DNA from: Candidatus Neomicrothrix sp. UBA2517
GTDB taxonomy: Bacteria; Actinomycetota; Acidimicrobiia; Acidimicrobiales; UBA8592
Assembly (NCBI GenBank): GCA_002341185.1
Contig: DDNP01000002.1
Span: forward strand, 51,709 to 115,708
DNA length: 64,000 nt
Reading direction: 5' to 3'
In this document: positions 39,469 through 48,764 of the stretch, piece after piece
Numbering within the stretch: the first letter of the stretch is position 1
Layout: the number at the start of each line of letters is the position of its first letter
Made by a program: the position numbers and the translations under genes
Notes under the pieces: model-generated
Databases searched by the model: none
Told to the model about the DNA's origin: nothing
Seen by the model: the letters and a program-made list of their open reading frames with translations, nothing else

Positions 39469-39783
39469 TCATGTATCTTCCTGGGTTAATACGGTATCTA
39501 AACCCGTTAGCTTAAACATTTCCTTTAAGGATTCAGACAATCCGATGCATTGAAGATCACCACCATTGCTGCGTGTTCGTTTTAAGCCACCTATAAGGAC
39601 TCCTAAACCAGTTGAGTCAATAAAATCGACATTAGTTAAATCAAGAATGATGTGTGCATGGCCTTCTTGCACGTATTGGACAATACGTTGCCTAAGTTCC
39701 GGCCCAGTTGCCATATCTATTTCACCATTTATTTGAAGAAGAACCCAATTATCGCGAAATTGTTCGTTTATTCCGAGGATCAT
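39469..39783 (-). CDS. RsbV-like anti-sigma factor antagonist (STAS)
   Basis: GEIDMATGPELR, LDLTNVDFIDSTGLGVL with the phosphorylatable Ser. Confidence 0.92.
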   Translation of the reverse strand: MILGINEQFRDNWVLLQINGEIDMATGPELRQRIVQYVQEGHAHIILDLTNVDFIDSTGLGVLIGGLKRTRSNGGDLQCIGLSESLKEMFKLTGLDTVLTQEDT

Positions 39784-39901
39784 AATTCTAGCTTAGTAAA
39801 TACTATGAATTTGTCAGTGCAGAAAGCTCATAATATTAGTTATTAAATAAATAATGTTAATCAAACCTAATTATCGAAAGGTCTAAGTCTTGAGGATGCC
39901 C

Positions 39902-41002
39902 TTATCGTATTCTTGACCATAAATAATCACGGTGGGGTATTGCCGAATCAACATCTTCTGTCCATTCAGATTCCCCAAAATGCACTGAGCGATCGTTTAT
40001 TCTACTCATTATTATTGCATGTCGCGTTGCAGCATAAATTTCAAACCATTCAATATTTTTAGGAATGATATCGGTGAGTTCTGCGAATGTTGACGTAACG
40101 TCACTGGACGTCATAAAGTTAGGCATCCCTGGAAATTCCATTGCTTCTGCAATCACTTGAAAGAACGTATGCATGAAAATCATCCATCCAAGGTCAACTT
40201 CCACTGGAGCAAGCCCAGCCATTTCCCAGTCAAGAACCGCAACCGGCTCGTAAGACATATCATCAAACATTATGTTTCCTATTCTTGCATCACCCCAACT
40301 AACAACAGTTTCGCTTTCTTCTGGCCAGTTTGATTCAAGCCATTCAAAGGCCTGTTCAATAACTTCATGTCGGCGAGTACCCTTAATTACCCAATTGTAG
40401 TACTCTTTTTGATTCGCAAAATGTCTCTCCAGAGCTGTATTTCCTTGGGACTTAGCCTCAAGGAATCCTGTATCAACTGAATTGAGTTCGATTTGAGAGA
40501 GTTGCGCAATAATTTCTACACAGAATTTCTGTAACTTATTTTGGTCTTGAGGGTTTGCATCATATAGCCAGCCACCAAAAACGTACGGAGGTATGTCAGG
40601 AGGAACTCGTCCGTGTATCCGCTCCATTACAAAAAAGGGGACCCCGAGGATATCTAAGGACTGTTCAAGCCATAAGACCTTAGGAACTTTTATGTTGGTG
40701 GACTTTTCAACAAGTTTCATAATCCTGACTTGAGAAGAAAGATCATAGTTTGGGAAGACAGGAATATCTTGACTAGTCGGAGCAAGCCGAGCAACTAGTT
40801 GTTTATTCGTTTCACTTTCACCCTTTCCCCAACTCGATTCGAATAAAAGAGTTTCGCTTGACATACCCGACCCTGATGGTCGGCTGAAACTGCTTATCTT
40901 GGCATTATCATCTTCGGCTTTGCCTTTAATCCATTCGGATAATCGAGCATGGACTTCATCTGCGTTTAGCGAAGTGCGTTGGGGTTCATATTCATCAGTC
41001 AT
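39902..41002 (-). CDS. Phosphotransferase family protein (APH/ACAD10-like)
   Basis: SGMSSET, LGVPFFVMERIHG, SWGDARIGN, AVLDWEMA, DLGW. Confidence 0.87.
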   Translation of the reverse strand: MTDEYEPQRTSLNADEVHARLSEWIKGKAEDDNAKISSFSRPSGSGMSSETLLFESSWGKGESETNKQLVARLAPTSQDIPVFPNYDLSSQVRIMKLVEKSTNIKVPKVLWLEQSLDILGVPFFVMERIHGRVPPDIPPYVFGGWLYDANPQDQNKLQKFCVEIIAQLSQIELNSVDTGFLEAKSQGNTALERHFANQKEYYNWVIKGTRRHEVIEQAFEWLESNWPEESETVVSWGDARIGNIMFDDMSYEPVAVLDWEMAGLAPVEVDLGWMIFMHTFFQVIAEAMEFPGMPNFMTSSDVTSTFAELTDIIPKNIEWFEIYAATRHAIIMSRINDRSVHFGESEWTEDVDSAIPHRDYLWSRIR

Positions 41003-41064
41003 CGTTTATGACATTAGTTCAGGAAGGTTAGGCTCGTCAGAATTACGTCATCTACGTTTTATGT

Positions 41065-41655
41065 ATGGATCAAATTAGAATAAAGGGATTTATTAGTTCA
41101 ATAGGATTTTCAGACGGAAATCGCTTTGTAATAGGTCATTGGAAAGAGTCTCCAATAGGAGAATTTGGTGACATTATGTGGGGAACTCCTACAGGAGAAA
41201 AAATTCTAATTGCAGGAAATCAGCAGGTCGCAAACTTCGTATCTGCTATTTATGACTTTGACCATGTTCAGATTGAAGATCTCCAAACTTCGTCAAACGG
41301 GAAAAGAACAGAAGCTATAACATCTAATCTAAAAATTGATATTTCAGGAGGATTAATAGGAGGAGTCCTTCCATCCCGGCCACTGGCATTCACAAAATTT
41401 ATTGAAAACCCATTTGCTTCCTTACTTATGGGGGTCAACACATATGGAATTAGTTCCAGAGGAGTCGAAGAATGGTATCAAGCAAAGAAGTGGAGATGGG
41501 TTAAGGGTGGAACAGTCAACTTAAATGGGGCTAATCTAAAATCGCGTTCTAAGTTTACAGAACCTCTTGACGTTGGATTCTCTGAACCTCCCCGCAAATC
41601 TGCGATTGTGGAAATTCATGTAACAATCAGATTTCCGTTTGAATTCGAATTCTAA
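41065..41655 (+). CDS. Conserved actinobacterial-type hypothetical protein
   Basis: 196 aa; GNRFVIGHW..SPIGEFGDIMW...FVSAIYDFD resembles an uncharacterised family I recall from actinobacteria; no function assignable. Confidence 0.6.
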   Translation: MDQIRIKGFISSIGFSDGNRFVIGHWKESPIGEFGDIMWGTPTGEKILIAGNQQVANFVSAIYDFDHVQIEDLQTSSNGKRTEAITSNLKIDISGGLIGGVLPSRPLAFTKFIENPFASLLMGVNTYGISSRGVEEWYQAKKWRWVKGGTVNLNGANLKSRSKFTEPLDVGFSEPPRKSAIVEIHVTIRFPFEFEF

Positions 41656-41727
41656 TTTTTATTCAGATCTCTTCCGCAAAGTCGCCTATTTGATAAACAT
41701 CGGCAATACTGTAATTTGAAATACTAG

Positions 41728-41820
41728 GGAGGTGTCTGAGTACCTGGTGGGCTCCCCCGCCTTCAAAGCGGGTGGGACGGGCGATCCCCGTCCGGCGGGT
41801 TCGATTCCCGTCCACCTCCG
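41728..41820 (+). tRNA. selC: tRNA-Sec (UCA)
   Basis: GGAGGTG...CACCTCC-G acceptor, CCCGC-CTTCAAA-GCGGG anticodon arm with TCA, long variable arm GGGACGGGCGATCCCCGTCC, T arm GCGGG-TTCGATT-CCCGT; selA and selB are in the window. Confidence 0.95.
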
Positions 41821-41847
41821 CGATATGTTTAACTACCCTATTTGGTA

Positions 41848-42783
41848 CTAGACGGCCAGTAGGTCTCGAGCACCAGTGTCACTACTTGGATGACGTAGTT
41901 TAGACATTGCTCGGGCTTCTATTTGCCTTATTCTTTCACGGGTCAGGTTGAAATGTTCACCGACTTCTTCTAGTGTTCGTGGTTCTCCACGATCTAAACC
42001 AAACCGTAATTTGAGAATTTCTCTTTCTCGTTCGTCAAGAGGGGCCAATAACCTAGCAATTTCGTCGGGTAGTAAAGAAGTAGCAGCTACTTCAAATGGA
42101 GAAGCGGCTCCCCTATCTTCTACAACATCTCCGAGTTCGGCATCCCCGTCCTCGCGAAGAGGCTCAGAAAGGCTTAACGGTTCATTTGCAAAGCGCAATG
42201 CTTCAGTAATTTTTTCTTCTGGCATCTCAACATCAGCGGCTAGCTCTGTCATCGTAGCTGGCCTACCGTACTTAAGTTCTAATCTAGTTCTTGCTTTTTG
42301 AAGTCTTGCGAGGGTATCTCCAGCATGGACTGGCAACCTGATTGTTCTGCCAGTGTTCGCAATGCCCCTTGTTATAGCTTGTCTAATCCACCATGTCGCA
42401 TAGGTAGAGAACTTAAATCCCTTCCTCCAGTCAAACTTTTCTACAGCATGCATTAATCCTAGATTTCCTTCTTGAATAAGGTCAAGAAGTGGAAGCCCTG
42501 ATGCTTGGTACTTCTTTGCTATTGAGACAACTAATCTCAAATTTGATTGTACGAATTTCTTTTCAGCTCGAGCACCGTTTCGATCATCACGCTTTAGCTC
42601 ACTCTTTTCTTTAGCTGTCAGTTCTTCGGCAGTTGATAACTTCTCTCTAGCCTCAACCCCCTTTTCGATCTTCTGGGCAAGTCGGACTTCATCTTCTTTA
42701 GTCAGAAGAGGGTACTGTCCGATATCCGTGAGATATAACCTTACGAGGTCTTCTTCATCTCGTTCGACTCGCTCTTTAGGCAA
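41848..42783 (-). CDS. Sigma-70 factor, group 1/2 type, lacking region 1.1
   Basis: [11 protein letters not shown] (1.2), [25 protein letters not shown] (2.3/2.4), TRERIRQIE (4.2); TTG start. Confidence 0.93.
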   Translation of the reverse strand: MPKERVERDEEDLVRLYLTDIGQYPLLTKEDEVRLAQKIEKGVEAREKLSTAEELTAKEKSELKRDDRNGARAEKKFVQSNLRLVVSIAKKYQASGLPLLDLIQEGNLGLMHAVEKFDWRKGFKFSTYATWWIRQAITRGIANTGRTIRLPVHAGDTLARLQKARTRLELKYGRPATMTELAADVEMPEEKITEALRFANEPLSLSEPLREDGDAELGDVVEDRGAASPFEVAATSLLPDEIARLLAPLDEREREILKLRFGLDRGEPRTLEEVGEHFNLTRERIRQIEARAMSKLRHPSSDTGARDLLAV

Positions 42784-42804
42784 AGTACGCTCTTTTCAAA
42801 TCAT

Positions 42805-42825
42805 GTGAAACCTATTATGTTTCAC
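42805..42825. promoter_or_regulatory. Perfect inverted repeat upstream of the sigma-70 gene, candidate operator
   Basis: GTGAAAC-CTATTAT-GTTTCAC, 21 nt before the TTG start. Confidence 0.4.
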
Positions 42826-42958
42826 GCTCCGCAAATTCAATCTACCGAGATGTGAGCTACTCGCAAACTCATTTCGTAATATCTAAAAGATTTTTTATTA
42901 TTCTTGTCTAAGAATAATAATTGATTCTGTCCTCTATAAGTTAATCAGGCCATCTATG

Positions 42959-44665
42959 TTAAGTATTTTCTCCGAGGTAAGAGTTAGTAATTGGCAGTCT
43001 TCTGTCCCTGCCAAATGATTTTGATGAAATTTTTGGGCCGAGGGGGCTCTGTCGCCTCTTGTATTCTGCTAGGTCAACAAGACGAGAAATTTGCGAAACG
43101 GTTTTAGGGTCATACCCTATTTCTAAAAGCTCATGCTTAACTTTGTCATTTTCTATAATTTCTTTCAGTAGCTCATCTAGAAGTTCATATTCAGGAAGGG
43201 TCTGATCATCTCTTTGATCTGGTCGCAGTTCAGCAGATGGAGGTTTCGTAATGATTGAGTTAGGTATTATTTCACTTTCTGCCTTTTTATTTTTCCATTT
43301 GGCTAGATTAAACACTTCTGTTTTCCAGAGATCTTTAATAACTGAAAAGGCCCCAGCTGTATCTCCATATAAAGTTGAATACCCGACTGCCAACTCACTT
43401 TTATTACCTGTTGTAAGAACTAGCCACCCAAATTTATTGGAAACCGCCATAAGTAAAGTTCCGCGAATTCGGGACTGAACGTTCTCTTCAGTAATTCCTT
43501 CTGGGAAGTCTGCAAAATATTGTTTTGTCATATCAAGAAAAGCGGCATGAGCTGGTTCTATAGAAATGCTCATTTGATGGCATTTGAGATTATCGACAAG
43601 GGCTTTAGCATCACTTACAGAGTGGGTACTTGAAAAGCGAGATGGCATTAAAATAGCATGGACGTGTTCAGGTCCTAAGGCATCGCAGGCTATTGCAGCA
43701 ACAAGTGCAGAATCAATACCTCCCGACAAACCTAGACAAACATCTGTAAAACCATTTTTTCTAACATAATCGCGGGTTCCTAAGCACAATGCATTCCATA
43801 CTTGTTCCTCTTCAGTAAGGCGAGAAGAAGACTGACTGTTTGTAGTCTTATCTCTTTCAGTATCAGAACTGACCTTGGCTAGGTATTTATCACTTATGGT
43901 CGGCTCAGACCCTGTTTCAATATCGAATACGAGAACTTCTTCTTTGAATTGTTGAGCACGTGCAATGATTTCTTTCTTAGCGGTTAAAGCGAATGAGCCT
44001 CCATCAAAAATTAATTCATCCTGTGCTCCTACTTGGTTGACGTAAACGATCGGTAATTGCGTTTCATCAACTCGATCTTTAAGCACCCTCTCACGTGTTT
44101 GTAATTTTTCTTTTTCGAAGGGTGAAGCATTGAGATTTAGTATTAGCTCAGCACCTATTGAAGCAAGGTCATTACTTATTCCATTTGGGATCCACATATC
44201 TTCACAGATTGTTATCCCGACATTAATGCCACTTATTTTAAAAGTCTGCAGTGGTTCATTTCCAGGTGAGAAATACCTCTCTTCATCAAAAACACCATAG
44301 TCCGGCAGAGTTCGCTTACTATAACTACCCATTATTTTCCCATTAGAACAAATTGCAGCAGCATTTGATGTCCGCTTGATGGGATCAGCGGCAGCTGCTT
44401 TGCCGTCAACATATCCAATCACTGCAGCACAATCTGAAATGTTGCTTGCAATATCTTTCAGCACTTTTTGCGTGTCCTGTACAAAGCCTGGTTTAAGTAA
44501 AAGATCTTCAGGTGGATAGCCACAGACTGCGAGTTCGGAGAAAACAGCAATATCACATTCCATCCTCTGAGCTTTTCGGTAAGCTCCTAGTATTTTTTCT
44601 TTATTTCCTAGGAGGTCACCAACCCGAAGATTTAGCTGGCAAGCGGCAATTCTTAGTGTGGCCAT
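42959..44665 (-). CDS. nadE: Glutamine-dependent NAD+ synthetase
   Basis: Nitrilase-like domain (FSELAVCGYPPEDL, ICEDMW) plus synthetase domain (GLSGGIDS, ENVQSRIRG, TTGNKSE, KPPSAEL). Confidence 0.96.
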   Translation of the reverse strand: MATLRIAACQLNLRVGDLLGNKEKILGAYRKAQRMECDIAVFSELAVCGYPPEDLLLKPGFVQDTQKVLKDIASNISDCAAVIGYVDGKAAAADPIKRTSNAAAICSNGKIMGSYSKRTLPDYGVFDEERYFSPGNEPLQTFKISGINVGITICEDMWIPNGISNDLASIGAELILNLNASPFEKEKLQTRERVLKDRVDETQLPIVYVNQVGAQDELIFDGGSFALTAKKEIIARAQQFKEEVLVFDIETGSEPTISDKYLAKVSSDTERDKTTNSQSSSRLTEEEQVWNALCLGTRDYVRKNGFTDVCLGLSGGIDSALVAAIACDALGPEHVHAILMPSRFSSTHSVSDAKALVDNLKCHQMSISIEPAHAAFLDMTKQYFADFPEGITEENVQSRIRGTLLMAVSNKFGWLVLTTGNKSELAVGYSTLYGDTAGAFSVIKDLWKTEVFNLAKWKNKKAESEIIPNSIITKPPSAELRPDQRDDQTLPEYELLDELLKEIIENDKVKHELLEIGYDPKTVSQISRLVDLAEYKRRQSPLGPKISSKSFGRDRRLPITNSYLGENT

Positions 44666-44784
44666 GTATCTAAGGTTAGAGGCTATTAATCAAGTGCGGA
44701 TACTTAGAGTAAAGAGATTGTTGCTAATTTCACGGAGCTTCCTATTCGAAGTATGGCAGGCTTTGGGACACCATTAAGTAAACT

Positions 44785-45204
44785 ATGGAGGTGAGTGAAT
44801 TAAACGAGACTGAAGCCAGTACCCAATTAAAGATTGATTTTAAAAAGTTATTAAAAATTGGAACGAGTGGTGAGAATGTTATTCCTGTAGTCGTGCAGAA
44901 TGCCATAACAAAGGAAGTTCTTATTGTGGCATATGCCAACGATGAGGCAGTATCTGAGACCTTACGATTGGGAGAAGCCGTTTTTTATAGCACATCCAGG
45001 AAAGAACTGTGGCACAAGGGCGCCACGTCAGGTGACATACTTGCAGTTGAGGAAGTCCGAATTAACTGCGAGCAGAATTCGCTACTTTACTTGGTCACCC
45101 CAAAAGGACAAGGCGCATGTCATACAAAAGACGATTCCGGTAAATATCGGTCAAGTTGTTATTACCGGATAGTGCTAGGTACTGGGGAACTTAAGTATTT
45201 TTAA
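44785..45204 (+). CDS. hisI: Phosphoribosyl-AMP cyclohydrolase
   Basis: IPVVVQ, FYSTSRKELWHKGATSG, three Cys in NCEQ...GACH...SCYYR. Confidence 0.88.
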   Translation: MEVSELNETEASTQLKIDFKKLLKIGTSGENVIPVVVQNAITKEVLIVAYANDEAVSETLRLGEAVFYSTSRKELWHKGATSGDILAVEEVRINCEQNSLLYLVTPKGQGACHTKDDSGKYRSSCYYRIVLGTGELKYF

Positions 45205-45225
45205 TCAAACTTATTCAAGTAAAGA

Positions 45226-46239
45226 TTAAGTTAAAGCTTCTCCACAGGTGTTCGTCATGAGAGCGGCAACCACATACGGGTCTGCGTTTGCATTTGGTCG
45301 ACGGTCTTCAAGGTATCCCTTTTGATCTTCAGCGACCTGCCATGGGATTCGGATAGAAGCACCACGATCCGATATGCCATAACTAAATTGGTCAAATCGC
45401 TGTGTTTCATGTTCACCTGTTAGACGGTCTTCAATACCGACACCGTAGCCGACCAAATGTTCTTCTGGCTTTCCTGGAGCTCCAAGTGCCTCACAAGCAG
45501 TCGTGATTGCATCAAAACCTTCTCGCATAGCTTTGGTTGAGAAATTAGTGTGCATACCTGCCCCATTCCAGTCACCTTTCATTGGCTTTGCTTCGATACT
45601 AATTTCAACATTATGCTTCTCTCCTACTCGGTAGAGTAAATATCTAGCAATCCATAAATGGTCGCCGACTTCAACGGTTCCCGCTGGACCAATTTGAAAT
45701 TCCCATTGTCCTGGCATAACTTCTGCATTCGTTCCAGATATCTTAAGCCCAGCCTCAATGCATAGAGTTGTGTGTTCTTCTACAACATCCCTTCCATGAA
45801 TTTTTAATGCACCCACACCGCAATAATATGGTCCTTGAGGAGCGGGGAATCCATTTGGTGGAAAGCCTGCAGGCCAACCTGTAGATGGGTCTATCATTGT
45901 GTACTCTTGTTCCAAACCAAACCAGGGGTCTTGGTCCCCATACTTGTCCTCTGCTTCACGAGCTAATGCTCGTGTATTGGTTGGGTGAGGGGTTTCTTTG
46001 TCTGTAAGGAACGTTTCGCACATGACAAGAATATTGTTTCCACCACGTATAGGGTCTGGGCATTGGAATACGGGCTTTAGAACAACATCGGAGTTGTCAC
46101 CAGTCGCTTGGTTTGTGGATGACCCGTCATATCCCCATATTCCAGGTTCTTCGCCATCAGCTAGGATTTTAGTTTTGGATCGAATCTCTACGGTTGGCTC
46201 AGTGCCATCAATCCAGAGGTATTCAGCTCGGTAAGTCAA
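45226..46239 (-). CDS. glnII: Glutamine synthetase type II
   Basis: 337 aa; AEYLWIDG, WGYDGSSTNQA, PWFGLEQEY, NAEVMPGQWEFQIGP, DWNGAGMHTNFST, RGASIRIP, YLEDRRP. Confidence 0.95.
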   Translation of the reverse strand: MTYRAEYLWIDGTEPTVEIRSKTKILADGEEPGIWGYDGSSTNQATGDNSDVVLKPVFQCPDPIRGGNNILVMCETFLTDKETPHPTNTRALAREAEDKYGDQDPWFGLEQEYTMIDPSTGWPAGFPPNGFPAPQGPYYCGVGALKIHGRDVVEEHTTLCIEAGLKISGTNAEVMPGQWEFQIGPAGTVEVGDHLWIARYLLYRVGEKHNVEISIEAKPMKGDWNGAGMHTNFSTKAMREGFDAITTACEALGAPGKPEEHLVGYGVGIEDRLTGEHETQRFDQFSYGISDRGASIRIPWQVAEDQKGYLEDRRPNANADPYVVAALMTNTCGEALT

Positions 46240-46357
46240 TTGATTTCTCCATTCTTATCTTCTTTAAAGACTGAAATTTTTATGTAACTCAGTATCTAAC
46301 GTTGTAAGTTATCTATTTACTAGTAAACACGACTCTAGGGCGTAAGTTGCAAAGAAA

Positions 46358-46375
46358 TGTTAACAGCATGTTAAT
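46358..46375. promoter_or_regulatory. Candidate GlnR-type direct repeat between glnII and glnA
   Basis: TGTTAAC-agca-TGTTAAT with 11-bp period, the same GTTAAC core as the amtB site. Confidence 0.4.
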
Positions 46376-46423
46376 TTGGGTTTGATAAGGGGACTTTTGC
46401 TTAAATTTGGCTAGAAATAACAT

Positions 46424-47749
46424 ATGGAACCCAAAAAAGATTATGTATTGAGAACTGTTGAAGAACGAGGAGTACGCCTTATTCGCTTGTGGTTTACCGA
46501 TGTTCTGGGACAATTAAAGTCACTTGCTATTTCTCCTGCAGAACTTGAAGCTGCCTTCGAAGAGGGGCTGCATTTTGATGGCTCTGCGATAAACGGGTTC
46601 AGTAGAGTTCAGGAAAGTGATGTATTAGCAATCCCTGATGCGAACAGTTTTGAATTATTGCCATGGGTTGACCCTTCAGAACCAAATGGTCGAATATTCT
46701 GTGATATTCATAATCTAGATGGAACTCCTTTTGCTGGCGACCCGCGACATGTATTGCGCAGGAATCTTCAGCGTGCAAAGGAAAAAGGGTTTACATTTTT
46801 CACTGCACCAGAAATTGAATATTTTTATTTTGAAAGCGCAACCGACCCTGTGCCTCTTGATAATGCAGGGTATTTTGACCTGACAACACTTGATCTTGGC
46901 AGTAGTTTAAGGAGGCGCACATTAGCAATGTGCGAAGCTATGGGAATACCTGTTGAGTACTCATTCCACGAGGACAACGCCAGCCAACATGAAATTGACC
47001 TGCGTTATACTGAAACGCTTGACATGGCAGACAACATCATGACTCTGCGTTTAATTGTGCGTAAAATAGCACTGGACGCTGACATCCACGCAACGTTTAT
47101 GCCTAAACCTCTGGACAGCGGGCAAGGGTCAGGAATGCACACGCATATGTCGCTATTTGAAGGTGACGTGAATGCATTCCACGACCCGGAAGATGAAATG
47201 GGACTTTCAGATACGGCACGAAAATTTATGGCCGGAGTTTTGTTTCACGCTCCGGAATTTACTGCTGTAACAAATCAACTAGTTAATAGCTACAAACGAA
47301 TGATAGCCGGCTATGAATCCCCAGTTTATGTTAGTTGGGCAAGAAATAATCGCTCAGCTCTTGTTCGAGTCCCTATCCACAAAGCAGGAAAAGCTTCATC
47401 AACAAGAATTGAGTACAGAGCATTAGACTCTGCTGCCAATCCTTATTTGGCCTATTCAGTTATTCTAGCTGCAGGACTAAAAGGCATTGAAGGAAACTAT
47501 GAACTCCCTGCTGAAGCTGATGATAATTTGTGGTCGCTTAATAGGGCCGAAGCACGCTCATCTGGTTTGCGGCAACTACCTCAAGATTTACGACAAGCGT
47601 TAGACCTTATGGAAGGATCTGAATTAGTAGCAACCGCTCTGGGAGATCATATCTTTGAATGGTTCCTTAGGAATAAACGATCTGAATGGGAGCTATACCA
47701 GGGAAGAGTTACCCCCTTCGAACTTGAACAATATTTACCAGTCTGGTGA
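46424..47749 (+). CDS. glnA: Glutamine synthetase type I family protein (GSI-alpha/GlnA2-like)
   Basis: RLWFTDVLG, FDGSAI, HEIDLRY, TFMPKP, GSGMHTH, NSYKR, RNNRSALVRVP, RIEYR. Confidence 0.88.
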   Translation: MEPKKDYVLRTVEERGVRLIRLWFTDVLGQLKSLAISPAELEAAFEEGLHFDGSAINGFSRVQESDVLAIPDANSFELLPWVDPSEPNGRIFCDIHNLDGTPFAGDPRHVLRRNLQRAKEKGFTFFTAPEIEYFYFESATDPVPLDNAGYFDLTTLDLGSSLRRRTLAMCEAMGIPVEYSFHEDNASQHEIDLRYTETLDMADNIMTLRLIVRKIALDADIHATFMPKPLDSGQGSGMHTHMSLFEGDVNAFHDPEDEMGLSDTARKFMAGVLFHAPEFTAVTNQLVNSYKRMIAGYESPVYVSWARNNRSALVRVPIHKAGKASSTRIEYRALDSAANPYLAYSVILAAGLKGIEGNYELPAEADDNLWSLNRAEARSSGLRQLPQDLRQALDLMEGSELVATALGDHIFEWFLRNKRSEWELYQGRVTPFELEQYLPVW

Positions 47750-47836
47750 TGATTGATAAACAGATGATTCTAAACACATTATGAAAAAGAAAATATACTC
47801 TAAACAAAATTCAACTAATGAGAGCACGATTTAAAG

Positions 47837-48517
47837 ATGTCTCAGTTACTTGTCTATCCTGACCCTCCACCACCAGAACTAGCGCAATCGCTGGATCTTG
47901 CAGGATTTTCGTGGAAAGCAGTAGCAAACTCGACTCTGGCTGATGAAAAGTCGATAGATCAGGAATGGGGCGGGGCAGTAATCGTAGCTGATGAGGATCC
48001 GAATGATGCATTTGCATTTGCAAGGTTCTTAAGGAAAAAACCAAGTCCACAGCAGGGTATTTTAATTTTATTGAATGCTACCCAGTTAGGCCAGTTGGAA
48101 CTTCGAGATGAATTATTCGATGACTTTATTTTGACTCCTTTTCGGCATCAAGAATTAGAGGCTCGATTGAAACACTTATTCTGGTCACAAGGAGTTGATA
48201 GCAGAGGTGAAGTACTATCGCATGGTGATCTCATTCTGAATCTTGAAACCTATCAAGCAGCCGTCAATGGACGACCCCTTGATTTAACTTATATGGAGTA
48301 CGAATTGTTGAAATTCTTAGTAACTCACCCAGGGAAAGTTTTCAGTAGAGAAACTCTTTTATCTCGTGTCTGGGGCTATGACTATTTTGGTGGAGCTCGA
48401 ACTGTAGATGTCCATGTGAGACGTCTCAGGTCCAAACTAGGAGAAGAATTCGCTGGTTTAATACAAACGGTACGATCTGTGGGCTACAGCTTCGGACAAT
48501 CTAGGTGGAATACTTAA
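47837..48517 (+). CDS. glnR: Nitrogen regulator GlnR (atypical OmpR family)
   Basis: Degenerate receiver plus LDLTYMEYELLKFL, VWGYDYFGGARTVDVHVRRLRSKLG, characteristic of actinobacterial GlnR; directly after glnA. Confidence 0.85.
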   Translation: MSQLLVYPDPPPPELAQSLDLAGFSWKAVANSTLADEKSIDQEWGGAVIVADEDPNDAFAFARFLRKKPSPQQGILILLNATQLGQLELRDELFDDFILTPFRHQELEARLKHLFWSQGVDSRGEVLSHGDLILNLETYQAAVNGRPLDLTYMEYELLKFLVTHPGKVFSRETLLSRVWGYDYFGGARTVDVHVRRLRSKLGEEFAGLIQTVRSVGYSFGQSRWNT

Positions 48518-48554
48518 GAAATTTGTAGAAAGGGATGTACTTATTAGTCAATGA

Positions 48555-48734
48555 CTAGGGCTTTTCGTGAAAATCTTTTCGGCTTAGTTCATGAAGTTCA
48601 GTTCCGTTGTGATCTCTATCAACTTGATTTTGAAGAATGGTTCCAAGTAAACCACTGAACAATAAACCTGTCATGATAATTGATACAGGTACGATAACAG
48701 TCAATAAAATAATAATGACTACCGATCCAATCAT
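48555..48734 (-). CDS. Small membrane protein (59 aa)
   Basis: Not in the ORF track. MIGSVVIIILLTVIVPVSIIMTGLLFSGLLGTILQNQVDRDHNGTELHELSRKDFHEKP; hydrophobic N-terminus, fills the gap after ridA. Confidence 0.65.
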   Translation of the reverse strand: MIGSVVIIILLTVIVPVSIIMTGLLFSGLLGTILQNQVDRDHNGTELHELSRKDFHEKP

Positions 48735-48764
48735 AAATTAACTCCCATATACATTATTTTTTGT

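Noticed and set aside
41023-41041. IdeR-like half site GAAGGTTAGGCTCGTCAGA
   Set aside because: Only the left half matches, it is not palindromic and the flanking genes have no evident link to iron.
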